From: Mycolicibacterium smegmatis
GTDB taxonomy: Bacteria > Actinomycetota > Actinomycetes > Mycobacteriales > Mycobacteriaceae
NCBI RefSeq assembly: GCF_001457595.1
Contig: NZ_LN831039.1
Location: 5,340,001 to 5,372,000 of the forward strand
Direction of reading: 5' to 3'
DNA length: 32,000 nt
Below the pieces are notes generated by a model that was not told where the DNA came from, did not search any database, and was given only the letters and a program-made list of their open reading frames with translations. A program made the position numbers and the translations under genes. Positions 12,743 to 20,800 of the stretch are shown here, one piece after another (position 1 is the first letter of the stretch; each line of letters starts with the position of its first letter).

Positions 12743-12748
12743 AGCCTA
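12743..12748 (-). promoter_or_regulatory. Candidate -10 hexamer (TAGGCT) for leaderless glyA
   Basis: The minus strand reads TAGGCT tgtgccc ATG, giving 7-nt spacing to ATG 12735. Confidence 0.3.
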
Positions 12749-12774
12749 TCCCCGAGCGGCGGCGCTTCTACCTC

Positions 12775-12833
12775 GAGGTTCGAGCGAGGTCCAGGCCGAG
12801 GTTCCGGCCGAGGTTCAGGCCGAGGTTCCGGCC
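12775..12833. repeat. 12-bp tandem repeat GAGGT(T/C)C(A/C)GGCC, four full units plus one degenerate unit
   Basis: Units fall at 12786-12797, 12798-12809, 12810-12821 and 12822-12833, preceded by a degenerate 11-nt unit at 12775-12785. The DUF885 stop codon (12815-12817) lies inside unit 3. The array occupies most of the space upstream of glyA. Confidence 0.85.
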
Positions 12834-14092
12834 GCCAACTCGGCCCGCAGCGTCGACGGGATCAGCGGCTCGTCGAGCAACCGGCCGAACCGCTCGGTGA
12901 GACCCACCTCGGCTGGGCGCGCGTCGAGCCAGTCCTTGAGCAGCCGATAGCCCTCGATGTAGGTGCTCGTGTAGGCCCGCCACAGCGGCGAGGACAGGAA
13001 CCGCAGCATCTGGCGGGCCCGCTCGTCGTTGACCAGCAGCCAGCGCCGCAGGTACGCGACGACGTCGTCGACGTCGCGGTGCTCGTCGTGCAGCATGATC
13101 GCGGCGTCCTGGCGCACGTCGGCCAGCCCGGCCATCGCCTCGGAGATCTTCTCGGCCCGCTCCCCCTCGAACCGCAGGCCCAGATCGGCGTAGATCTCCT
13201 GCGCCCACGTACCCCAGCCGGGCCCGATCGCCGCGTACAGCGCGAGGTCGGCCAGGCCCTCGGCCATCAGGCACTGCGGGGTGTTGACCAGGAAGATCGT
13301 CTGTTCGAGCTGGTTTCTGCCCTCCACCAGCCCGAGTTCCTTGCGGCAGTGCTCGGTGTGGTGGCCCGGGTAGGACTCGTGGGCGACCAACCGGGGCAGG
13401 TTCGCCATCTGCTGCTTGAGGTCGGCGTTGACGGCGACCGTCGACTTGTAGTCACCCAGGTAGTAGTTGAACCCCGACCATGGCTTGTCGGTGACCACCT
13501 CGTAGTTGATCACCTCGGTCTCGGGCAGCGGATACTCGGCGCGCACGCGGTCGCGCAGGGCCGACGAGAACGCGTGGATGCACTCCTCGAGCCGCTCCGG
13601 CGGGATCTCCTCGGCGCTGCGGTGCGCCTGGATCCGCTCGGCCAGCGGCCCGGTGCCGCCGAGCGCCTCGTCGAGACGTGCGTGGGCCTCGCGGTAGCGC
13701 TCGGGATCGCCCTTGGTGATGCGCACGTCGAAATAGGCCTCGACCTCGTCGACGAATCCCACGTCCTCACCCGCGAACTTGCGGCCCGCGAAGCTCAGCG
13801 CGCGCAGGTGCGACGCGACGTACGCCGCGCGGTCGGGCTCGAGGTCGTCGGGGATCTGTGTGAGCAGGCGGTCGGCCTGGCGCGCGAGGTCCGCCGGGTC
13901 CGGTGCCGGTTCGTTCTCGACGACGCGACGCAGAGCCGCGTCGCCGGTGAAGGAATCGACGTAACCCTCCTCGATACGGTCGAAGCGCAGCCCGAGCAGC
14001 AGATACTCGCGGATGACAGCGGCCGCGTCCGAGCCGGTGCCTGCCCCCGCGTCGCCGCCGGTGCCCGTGGAAAAGCCCATCCCGTTACCCAT
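12815..14092 (-). CDS. DUF885-family putative metallopeptidase-like protein
   Basis: [11 protein letters not shown] matches the HExxPGHH motif I associate with DUF885. ATG 14092 was chosen because the longer ORF (to 14305) runs antisense through the coaA 5' end, and a TACGGT hexamer lies 7 nt upstream of 14092. ATG 14080 is an alternative. Confidence 0.78.
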   Translation of the reverse strand: MGNGMGFSTGTGGDAGAGTGSDAAAVIREYLLLGLRFDRIEEGYVDSFTGDAALRRVVENEPAPDPADLARQADRLLTQIPDDLEPDRAAYVASHLRALSFAGRKFAGEDVGFVDEVEAYFDVRITKGDPERYREAHARLDEALGGTGPLAERIQAHRSAEEIPPERLEECIHAFSSALRDRVRAEYPLPETEVINYEVVTDKPWSGFNYYLGDYKSTVAVNADLKQQMANLPRLVAHESYPGHHTEHCRKELGLVEGRNQLEQTIFLVNTPQCLMAEGLADLALYAAIGPGWGTWAQEIYADLGLRFEGERAEKISEAMAGLADVRQDAAIMLHDEHRDVDDVVAYLRRWLLVNDERARQMLRFLSSPLWRAYTSTYIEGYRLLKDWLDARPAEVGLTERFGRLLDEPLIPSTLRAELAAGTSA

Positions 14093-14099
14093 GCCCTCA

Positions 14100-14105
14100 A
14101 CCGTA
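14100..14105 (-). promoter_or_regulatory. Candidate -10 hexamer (TACGGT) for the leaderless DUF885 gene
   Basis: The minus strand reads TACGGT tgagggc ATG, giving 7-nt spacing to ATG 14092. Confidence 0.28.
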
Positions 14106-14122
14106 AATGCAAGACTGACCGA

Positions 14123-15061
14123 ATGCCGCGGCCCAGCGAGCCGAGCCCCTATGTGGAGTTCGACCGAAGTCAATGGCGTTCCCTGCGCATGTCGACGCCG
14201 CTCAAGCTGTCCGAAGACGAACTCGTACGCCTGCGCGGTATGGGCGAGAAACTCGACCTGCTGGAGGTCGAGGAGGTATACCTGCCGCTCGCCCGGTTGA
14301 TCCACCTACAGGTGGCGGCGCGGCAGCGGTTGTTCGCCACCACCGCCGAGTTCCTCGGCGAGCCCCAGCAGAACCCGGATCGCCCGGTGCCCTTCATCAT
14401 CGGCGTCGCGGGCAGCGTCGCGGTCGGCAAGTCGACCACGGCGCGCGTGCTGCAGGCGCTGCTGGCGCGCTGGGAACACCACCCCCGCGTGGATCTGGTC
14501 ACCACCGACGGGTTCCTCTACCCCAATGCCGAACTCGCGCGGCGCAACCTCATGCACCGCAAGGGTTTCCCGGAGAGCTACAACCGCAGGGCGCTCATGC
14601 GCTTCGTCACCGCGGTCAAGTCCGGCGCCGACGAGGCCGCCGCGCCGGTGTACTCACACCTGCTCTACGACATCGTGCCCGGCGAGTACCAGATCGTGCG
14701 TCACCCCGACATCCTGATCCTCGAAGGGCTCAACGTCCTGCAGACCGGGCCGGCGCTCATGGTCAGCGACCTGTTCGACTTCTCGGTGTACGTCGACGCG
14801 CGCATCGAGGACATCGAACAGTGGTACATCTCACGGTTCCTCACCATGCGGTCGACGGCATTCGCCGATCCGGCATCGCACTTCCACAGCTATTCGACGC
14901 TGACCGACGAGCAGGCCGTGTTCGCCGCGCGCGACATCTGGCATTCGATCAACCGGCCCAACCTGATCGAGAACATCCTGCCGACCCGGCCCCGCGCGAC
15001 GCTCGTGCTGCGCAAGGACGCCGACCACTCGATCAACCGGCTGCGACTGCGGAAGCTCTAG
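14123..15061 (+). CDS. coaA: Type I pantothenate kinase
   Basis: [27 protein letters not shown]... with P-loop [12 protein letters not shown]. 312 aa, the same length as and near-identical to Rv1092c. It is the C-terminal part of the artefactually long ORF 12713..15061. Confidence 0.95.
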   Translation: MPRPSEPSPYVEFDRSQWRSLRMSTPLKLSEDELVRLRGMGEKLDLLEVEEVYLPLARLIHLQVAARQRLFATTAEFLGEPQQNPDRPVPFIIGVAGSVAVGKSTTARVLQALLARWEHHPRVDLVTTDGFLYPNAELARRNLMHRKGFPESYNRRALMRFVTAVKSGADEAAAPVYSHLLYDIVPGEYQIVRHPDILILEGLNVLQTGPALMVSDLFDFSVYVDARIEDIEQWYISRFLTMRSTAFADPASHFHSYSTLTDEQAVFAARDIWHSINRPNLIENILPTRPRATLVLRKDADHSINRLRLRKL

Positions 15062-16550
15062 CCTCCCCTTCGATCAGCGGTCCGCAGCGCACACCGAAAC
15101 GCTCGCGCACGGTGTCCAGCGACCGTCGCAGGTGCTCGCTCTGGCGGCGATGGGTGCGCATGAAGTGCAACCCCGCGGCGGTGCGCCGGTACCACGGATA
15201 CCAGCGCGCGAAGTCCAATCCGCATTCGCGGAACACCTTGCCCGGCACGGTATCCGCGATCAGGCCGAGGTTGTACTGCACGAGGGTGAACAGCGCATAC
15301 GGCGCCACGGCCCGGTGTTTCTGCCAGAGCTCGACCAGATCGGCCTCGTACAACGGTAGGTCGCCGAGCTTGTCCCTCAGGAACAGATGTGTCAGGAAGT
15401 ACGCCGAGTACGACGTCAGATGCAGTGCGGCCGATCGTGGTTGGATCGACAGGACCGATCCTCCGGCCGATAGGCACGGCTCGTACGGGTGATCCCCCTT
15501 GAGCAGGTAACCGGTGCAGTTGACGATCCAGCTGTCGTCCTCGACCTGTCTCCTCGCACCGCTGCGCAGCACCATCTCGGTGCTGCCGTCACGGTCGACG
15601 ACGTCGACGAGGTGATCCATCAGCACCTCACGAAGACCGCCCGCGATGGTCGCGTTCTCGGCCTCCGAGAGCACCCCGAACAGGAAGTTGCCGGTTTGTG
15701 GTGTCAACCAGACACCGAATTCGCGACGGAACCAGTCGGCGACCTCTCCCTCGTTGGTTCCGTCGAAGCGACTGCACATCTCCTCGGCCATCGCGTTGAT
15801 CGACCGGCCGCCACCCCAGCGCCGGATTCCCGTCGGGAAGAGTTTGTCCCGGCAGCTGAAGTACGTTCCCGACCCGGCCACCAGATTCACCTCGCGGCCC
15901 GTTTGCGCGTTGATCAGTGTGTGCGCGGTGTCCATCCCGGTCTTGCCACCGCCGATGATCCACACCGGGGCATCGCTGTCTCGGATGTCGCCGCGCCGCA
16001 CGTCACAGGTGTCCGGCGACACCGACCGGACCCGCGTGCTCGACAACTTCAGGGGCGCGTTGAGTCTGAACCGCACGCCGTATGCCTTGATCAGCCGGGG
16101 CGCCTCGATGATGCGTTCCGTGCCGTCGGGCGCACGGCAGGTGATCCGCACACCCGCCCCGGACCCGCTGCCGAACTCCTTGTCCGACAGGAACTCCCAG
16201 CCGAATCGCGCGTCGACGGTGACCTGTTCTCCGATCACGTCGAGGCAGTGCCGGAAGTGGTCGAGCACCTCGGTCTTCGTGGGCAGATATGACGGCTCAC
16301 GTCCCAGCGTCCACTCGATGTTGCCTGCCGTGAACATCGGATGCGGTTGGTGCAACCGCACGTATTCATAGGTGTCGACCCACATTCCGCCGACCCGGTC
16401 CCGGCGGTCGAGCAGGATGATCTTCTGGTCGCGGCCCAGGTAGCGGCTCGCGACGAACAGCGCGTTGAGGCCGGCGATGCCCGCGCCGACGACGCAGAGG
16501 TCGCACGTGTCCACCTGCTGGTTGTCCTGCGTCTCAGCTGAAGTGGACAC
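15033..16550 (-). CDS. FAD/NAD(P)H-dependent oxidoreductase, class-B flavoprotein-monooxygenase-like
   Basis: Two dinucleotide-binding motifs ([19 protein letters not shown]) and an ATGY-like NCTGY motif. GTG start at 16548-16550 has GGAGG 5 nt upstream. The 3' end overlaps the coaA 3' end. Confidence 0.8.
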   Translation of the reverse strand: MSTSAETQDNQQVDTCDLCVVGAGIAGLNALFVASRYLGRDQKIILLDRRDRVGGMWVDTYEYVRLHQPHPMFTAGNIEWTLGREPSYLPTKTEVLDHFRHCLDVIGEQVTVDARFGWEFLSDKEFGSGSGAGVRITCRAPDGTERIIEAPRLIKAYGVRFRLNAPLKLSSTRVRSVSPDTCDVRRGDIRDSDAPVWIIGGGKTGMDTAHTLINAQTGREVNLVAGSGTYFSCRDKLFPTGIRRWGGGRSINAMAEEMCSRFDGTNEGEVADWFRREFGVWLTPQTGNFLFGVLSEAENATIAGGLREVLMDHLVDVVDRDGSTEMVLRSGARRQVEDDSWIVNCTGYLLKGDHPYEPCLSAGGSVLSIQPRSAALHLTSYSAYFLTHLFLRDKLGDLPLYEADLVELWQKHRAVAPYALFTLVQYNLGLIADTVPGKVFRECGLDFARWYPWYRRTAAGLHFMRTHRRQSEHLRRSLDTVRERFGVRCGPLIEGEARASAVAAG

Positions 16551-16649
16551 GGCGACCTCCTCGACCGTCAGACCCGGTTGATCTTCAGTGTGGATCCGTT
16601 CGTGCCCGGCGGATCGCGTAACCGATTACCCGATTCAGGCGGGGCTGGT

Positions 16650-17057
16650 TCAGGCGGCGATACGGCGCGCGCCGACGAACTGCCACTCGGCCATCACGGC
16701 GGTGTACAGCCCCGTGCCGATGAGGATGACGACGCCCGCGGCGGTCAGCGACATCGTCACGGCCGCGACCACGGCGATCACGGTGCACACCGCATTGGCG
16801 ACCGACGTGCCGATGCCCGCGGGCCGCACCCGCTCGATCCCGGCGAGGGCGAGCACCGCGATGCCGTAGGCGACGGAGAAGATCCCGATCCCGTATTCGA
16901 CGGCGACCGGCAGTCCGGTCAACTCCGAGAACCAGCGTGGCGCGGCGAGCAGGGCGATGCCGCTGATGCCGACCAGCACGGCGTCGGTGCGCATGGCCAA
17001 CCGCAGCAGTGCACCGGAGGTCCTGACGGTGCCTGCGGTATTGGTGATGGCGGTCAT
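16650..17057 (-). CDS. Small integral membrane protein (about 4 TM), paralogue A
   Basis: 135 aa, strongly hydrophobic, starts MTAIT. AGGAGA lies 5 nt upstream of ATG 17057. Paralogous to the adjacent gene. Confidence 0.7.
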   Translation of the reverse strand: MTAITNTAGTVRTSGALLRLAMRTDAVLVGISGIALLAAPRWFSELTGLPVAVEYGIGIFSVAYGIAVLALAGIERVRPAGIGTSVANAVCTVIAVVAAVTMSLTAAGVVILIGTGLYTAVMAEWQFVGARRIAA

Positions 17058-17109
17058 TCGTTTCTCCTTATCTGGTGTTTTCTTGGTGACATCTGGGGCG
17101 GACAGGGAG

Positions 17110-17517
17110 TCACGCCAGACGGCGCACTCCGCGGTACTGCAGCCACGCCAGCGCGGCGGTGGCGGCGACGAAGCCGAGCAGCAGTTCGGTTCCCGCGCCG
17201 GTCAGTGGCAGCCACCCGGCGAGGACGGCCGTCACGGACGCGGCGGCGAACACCGTGTTGCCGGTCGCGACGGCGACGCCGACCTTGCGGATGGCGGGCA
17301 GGGCGGCGAGCACGTACAGCAACGCTCCGTAACCCACCAGCGCGGCGCCGATCACCCATCCGGCCGTCGCCGACAGCCCGGCGACGCGGGCCAGCGGGTC
17401 GGCGAGCATCGCGGTGAACAACCCGACGCCCGCGCACACCGTGGCGTCGGCGCGCAACGCGAACCGCAACAGGGAATCGGTCGAATCGGACAGTGGCCGG
17501 GTGGTGATCGCGGTCAT
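17110..17517 (-). CDS. Small integral membrane protein (about 4 TM), paralogue B
   Basis: From ATG 17517 it is exactly 135 aa and also starts MTAIT. GAGGAG lies 6 nt upstream. It aligns with paralogue A (LLRFALRADA / LLRLAMRTDA; C-terminal WLQYRGVRRLA / WQFVGARRIAA). The listed ORF extends to GTG 17574. Confidence 0.65.
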   Translation of the reverse strand: MTAITTRPLSDSTDSLLRFALRADATVCAGVGLFTAMLADPLARVAGLSATAGWVIGAALVGYGALLYVLAALPAIRKVGVAVATGNTVFAAASVTAVLAGWLPLTGAGTELLLGFVAATAALAWLQYRGVRRLA

Positions 17518-17520
17518 GGC

Positions 17521-17550
17521 GGGCTCCTCAGGGCTCCTCGGTGCTCCTCG
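17521..17550 (-). repeat. Three tandem 10-bp repeats, each containing a GAGGAG Shine-Dalgarno-like core
   Basis: The plus strand reads gggctcctca gggctcctcg gtgctcctcg. The minus strand reads CGAGGAGCAC CGAGGAGCCC TGAGGAGCCC gcc ATG, immediately upstream of membrane paralogue B. Confidence 0.85.
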
Positions 17551-17596
17551 GTGTCGAGGCTTCGTGTCGAACACCTCAGAGGTTGCTCACAAGCCA

Positions 17597-17633
17597 CTGC
17601 CAGATCGACGCCAGACGCTGCCAATCACTGCCA
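17597..17633. repeat. Helically phased CTGCCA/CGCCA repeats (period 10-11 bp) upstream of paralogue B
   Basis: CTGCCA occurs at 17597, 17618 and 17628, and CGCCA at 17609. The adjacent sequence AGCGCAGG-tc-AGCGCAGG lies at 17634-17651. Confidence 0.6.
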
Positions 17634-17677
17634 AGCGCAGGTCAGCGCAGGACTCGCGGGATTGTCGAGGCGGCGGG

Positions 17678-19042
17678 TCAGCGCCCGGCGGCAGGCGCGA
17701 CGCGCCCGCGCAGATCCGCCGCGATCACCTTGGCGGCGGCGTTCTGCCAGTTGTGCAGCGAGCGTTGCGGCACCTCGGTGACGAACCACTGCCAGGCCTG
17801 CCGCGCGACCGGGTCCAGGCCCGCCGCGGTCGCGTTCTGCGCGTAGGCGCGCACGCCGACGACGTACGGGAAGTACAGCGAGTTGTAGTGCCGCCATTCC
17901 TCGGTGGTGCCGAAGTCGCCGCCGTCGCGCGGCTTGAGCGCCGCGATCCGCTCGGCCAGCAACGCCTTGAGTTCGTTGGCCCGCTCGAGCGGCTGATCGG
18001 GCGCGCCGCGTGCGGCGAGGCGCGCGTCGATCTCGGGCAGCGCGGTCAGGGGGCTGGCCATGAGCTTCGACAGGTCGGCGTAGTGGCCCAGGGCACGGCG
18101 GGTGAGCCGGGCGAATGCGCCGTCGTCGAGATCGTCGAGCGGGCTGCGCGACCGCAGCGGCAGGGCGGCCTCGGTCGCGCGCAGCGCCTCGCGGTCGGCG
18201 CGCAGTTCGGGTGACCGGAAGAACGCGAGGCGGTCGAAGATGCCGGCCAGCGGGCCGGCCAGCACCTCGACGGCCACCGCGACCGCGAGGCTGGTGAACA
18301 ACAGCACCGTCATCGCGACATGGCCGTCGGCCGAGTCGAGGACCGCAAGCCCGATCAGGGCCTGCGCGGCGAACGGGATCGCGATCACCACGGTGCCGAT
18401 CACCGAGCGCCGCATGTCGGCGCGCAGCGCCTGCCCTTCGTCGAAGGCGTCCCAGATCGCGACGGCCACACCGAGCAGGGCGACGTCAAAACCCGTGGAC
18501 GCCAACGCCAGCCAGCTCGGCACCAGACCGAGCGGAATGATCAGGATCGCGTTGCCGAGCGCGAAGAACAGCGTCGCCACGACCAGGAACCCGACCACCG
18601 AACCCGGTTTCGCGCCGCTCACCACGGCCTTGATCATGGCGCCCAGCGACGACACCGAGATCACCGCGAACAGCAGCCAGTGGCCCAGGCGCAGCGGACC
18701 GTCGACGTTGCCGGCCACCGCGGCCGCCGCGAACGCCAGCACCGCGACCGTGAGGATCGCGATGAGCGCGGTCGCGCGCGAGCGGAAACCCTCGGCCGGG
18801 CGCGACAGTTCGACGAGCACCGCGAACCAGGCGATGGCGGGCACGGCCACCAGGTAGATCTCGATTCGGCTGAGCAGTTCGGAACCGGTGATGACGCGCA
18901 CCGCGTCCAGCGCGACGACCACCGCGAAGCTCGTCAGGCCGATCGCGGCGAACACCAGGACGGGTTTGCGCGGATCGCGGGCGACCAGGTACAGACCCAG
19001 CCACCAGCTGAGCGTGAAGACCACCGCCGACAGCGCAGCCAT
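17678..19042 (-). CDS. Polytopic membrane protein with about 190-aa soluble C-terminal domain, function unknown
   Basis: 454 aa. The first ~260 aa form multiple hydrophobic helices. The C-terminal region (FFRSPELRADREALRA...EEWRHYNSLYFPYVVG...RSLHNWQNAAAKVIAADL) is charged and helical. ATG 19042 lies 19 nt after the prenyltransferase stop. Confidence 0.7.
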   Translation of the reverse strand: MAALSAVVFTLSWWLGLYLVARDPRKPVLVFAAIGLTSFAVVVALDAVRVITGSELLSRIEIYLVAVPAIAWFAVLVELSRPAEGFRSRATALIAILTVAVLAFAAAAVAGNVDGPLRLGHWLLFAVISVSSLGAMIKAVVSGAKPGSVVGFLVVATLFFALGNAILIIPLGLVPSWLALASTGFDVALLGVAVAIWDAFDEGQALRADMRRSVIGTVVIAIPFAAQALIGLAVLDSADGHVAMTVLLFTSLAVAVAVEVLAGPLAGIFDRLAFFRSPELRADREALRATEAALPLRSRSPLDDLDDGAFARLTRRALGHYADLSKLMASPLTALPEIDARLAARGAPDQPLERANELKALLAERIAALKPRDGGDFGTTEEWRHYNSLYFPYVVGVRAYAQNATAAGLDPVARQAWQWFVTEVPQRSLHNWQNAAAKVIAADLRGRVAPAAGR

Positions 19043-19061
19043 GGCCCCAGTGTGGCACGCG

Positions 19062-19853
19062 CTACTTGCCGAAGCGCCGGTGCCTTGCGGTGTAGTCGCG
19101 CAGCGCGCGCAGGAAATCGACCCGGCGGAACGCGGGCCAGTACGCCTCGGTGAACCACATCTCCGAATAGGCGCTCTGCCACAGCAGGAAACCGCTGAGC
19201 CGCTGCTCCCCCGAGGTGCGGATCACCAGGTCGGGGTCCGGCTGACCCGAGGTGTAGAGGTTCTCGGAGATGCCGTCGACCGTGACGGCCTCGATGAGCT
19301 GTTCGGCCGTGGCGCCGTTGGCGAGTTCCTTGGACAGCAGCGAGCGGACCGCGTCGACGATCTCCTGGCGTCCGCCGTAGGCGACGGCGACGTTGACGTG
19401 GAAGTTGGCGCCTTTGGTCGTGGTGCTCTCGACGGCCTCGCGCAGCCGGCGCGCCGGCTCGTCGCCCAGCAGTTCAAGGTCGCCGACGGTGCGCACGCTC
19501 CATTTGTTGTACGGCGCGCAGATCTCCTCGACGACGTCGGTGATGATCTCGATGAGCGCGGTGAGTTCGTCGGGATCGCGCTGCAGGTTCTCGGTGGACA
19601 ACAGGTAGATCGTGGCCATCTCGATCCCGGCGGCCTGACACCAGCGCAGCATCTCGGCGATCTTTGCCGCACCTTTGCGGTAGCCGATGCTGACGTCGTC
19701 GTAACCTGCGTCACGCGCCCAGCGGCGATTTCCGTCACACAGCACCGCGATGTGCCGTGGCAGTTGGGCTTTGGACCGCACCAATTCGTGGCGCAGCCGC
19801 ATCTCGTAGATCCGGTAGGCCGGTTCTTTGAGACGCGGGGGAATGATGTCCAC
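19062..19853 (-). CDS. Short-chain Z-isoprenyl (Z-farnesyl) diphosphate synthase, Rv1086-like cis-prenyltransferase
   Basis: [18 protein letters not shown]...[13 protein letters not shown]...[21 protein letters not shown] is near-identical to Rv1086. GTG 19853 aligns with the Rv1086 N-terminus. The ORF is also open to 19913. Confidence 0.9.
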   Translation of the reverse strand: MDIIPPRLKEPAYRIYEMRLRHELVRSKAQLPRHIAVLCDGNRRWARDAGYDDVSIGYRKGAAKIAEMLRWCQAAGIEMATIYLLSTENLQRDPDELTALIEIITDVVEEICAPYNKWSVRTVGDLELLGDEPARRLREAVESTTTKGANFHVNVAVAYGGRQEIVDAVRSLLSKELANGATAEQLIEAVTVDGISENLYTSGQPDPDLVIRTSGEQRLSGFLLWQSAYSEMWFTEAYWPAFRRVDFLRALRDYTARHRRFGK

Positions 19854-19911
19854 GAGAATCCAGACTACTGTTAACTGCGGGAATGACCCATCAGCTGTAT
19901 GTGGAGGTGAC

Positions 19912-20682
19912 ATGACCGCGCCGATCGACGGTTCTCACGATCGCCGGACAGCTCCCTACCGATCAGCGGCCGCCGATGCCGCGGGTTCGCAACGCCAAGC
20001 CGAGGACCTGCCCGCCGCGGTTGCCGACGGCGTTGCCCAGTTCTTCGGAAAACCACGGGCGCGCGGGTGGATTCACGTCTACTCGGCGATCGTCGCGTTG
20101 ATCGCGGGCGCCGCACTGGTGTCGGTGTCGTGGTCGGTGCAGTCGACGCGCGCCGGTCTGGCCACGCTGCTCTACACGTTCACGATCGTGGCGATGTTCG
20201 CGGTCAGTGGGGTGTATCACCGCGTGAACTGGACGTCGGTGACCGCGCGGAAATGGATGAAGCGGCTCGACCATTCGATGATCTTCCTGTTCATCGCGGG
20301 CAGCTACACACCGTTCGCCCTGCTGGCACTGCCCGAGTCGAAGGGCATGGTGCTGTTCTGGATCGTGTGGGGCGGCGCGATCGCGGGCGTGCTCCTCAAG
20401 ATGTTCTGGCCCTCGGCGCCACGCTGGCTCGGCGTACCGCTCTACATCCTGCTGGGCTGGGTCGCGGCATGGTTCATCGGGCCGATCATGGACGGCGCCG
20501 GTGTCGCGGCAGTGGTGTTGCTGATCGTCGGCGGCGCGCTGTACAGCGTCGGCGGCGTCCTCTACGCACTCAAGTGGCCGAACCCGTGGCCCGCGACCTT
20601 CGGTCACCACGAGTTCTTCCACGCCTGCACGGCCGTGGCGGCGATCTGCCACTACATCGCGATGTGGTTCGCCGTCTTCTGA
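19912..20682 (+). CDS. Hemolysin-III family (PAQR-type) membrane protein
   Basis: [16 protein letters not shown] and HHEFFH motifs with seven hydrophobic segments. ATG 19912 has GGAGG 4-5 nt upstream. Rv1085c counterpart. Confidence 0.88.
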   Translation: MTAPIDGSHDRRTAPYRSAAADAAGSQRQAEDLPAAVADGVAQFFGKPRARGWIHVYSAIVALIAGAALVSVSWSVQSTRAGLATLLYTFTIVAMFAVSGVYHRVNWTSVTARKWMKRLDHSMIFLFIAGSYTPFALLALPESKGMVLFWIVWGGAIAGVLLKMFWPSAPRWLGVPLYILLGWVAAWFIGPIMDGAGVAAVVLLIVGGALYSVGGVLYALKWPNPWPATFGHHEFFHACTAVAAICHYIAMWFAVF

Positions 20683-20689
20683 CGCGTGG

Positions 20690-20758
20690 CACCGCGAGCG
20701 TGCGTGTTTGCCCCTCGGCACGCCGCAAAACCTCAGCAGTACGCGCACGCTCGCGGTG
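20690..20758. terminator. Long inverted repeat between convergent hemolysin-III and SnoaL-like genes (candidate bidirectional terminator)
   Basis: CACCGCGAGCGTGCGTG (20690-20706) pairs with CGCGCACGCTCGCGGTG (20742-20758). That gives 17 bp with one G-U pair and a 35-nt spacer, starting 8 nt after the hemolysin-III stop. Confidence 0.45.
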
Positions 20759-20800
20759 AGACGAACGTGCGCGTCGGTCGAGAGGTCCGCTGAAAGATCC

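Noticed and set aside
11254-12900. 548-aa plus-strand ORF
   Set aside because: It is antisense to glyA. It is Arg/Gly/Val-rich and a shadow ORF.
12742-12900. Possible ZTP (pfl) or other riboswitch upstream of glyA
   Set aside because: Only 73 nt separate glyA from the DUF885 gene, and most of that is the 12-bp tandem repeat. I could not see the conserved pfl core elements, and the -10 geometry suggests a leaderless mRNA.
12713-14122. N-terminal 470 codons of the 782-aa ORF that ends as coaA
   Set aside because: This part is antisense to the DUF885 gene. CoaA homology begins exactly at Met 14123 and gives the expected 312 aa.
16593-16657. GATCCG...CGGATC hairpin and duplicated TTCAGGCGG between paralogue A and the flavoprotein gene
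   Set aside because: The stem is short (6 bp) and the direct repeat is only 9 nt, which is within chance expectation for this composition. No functional call is made.
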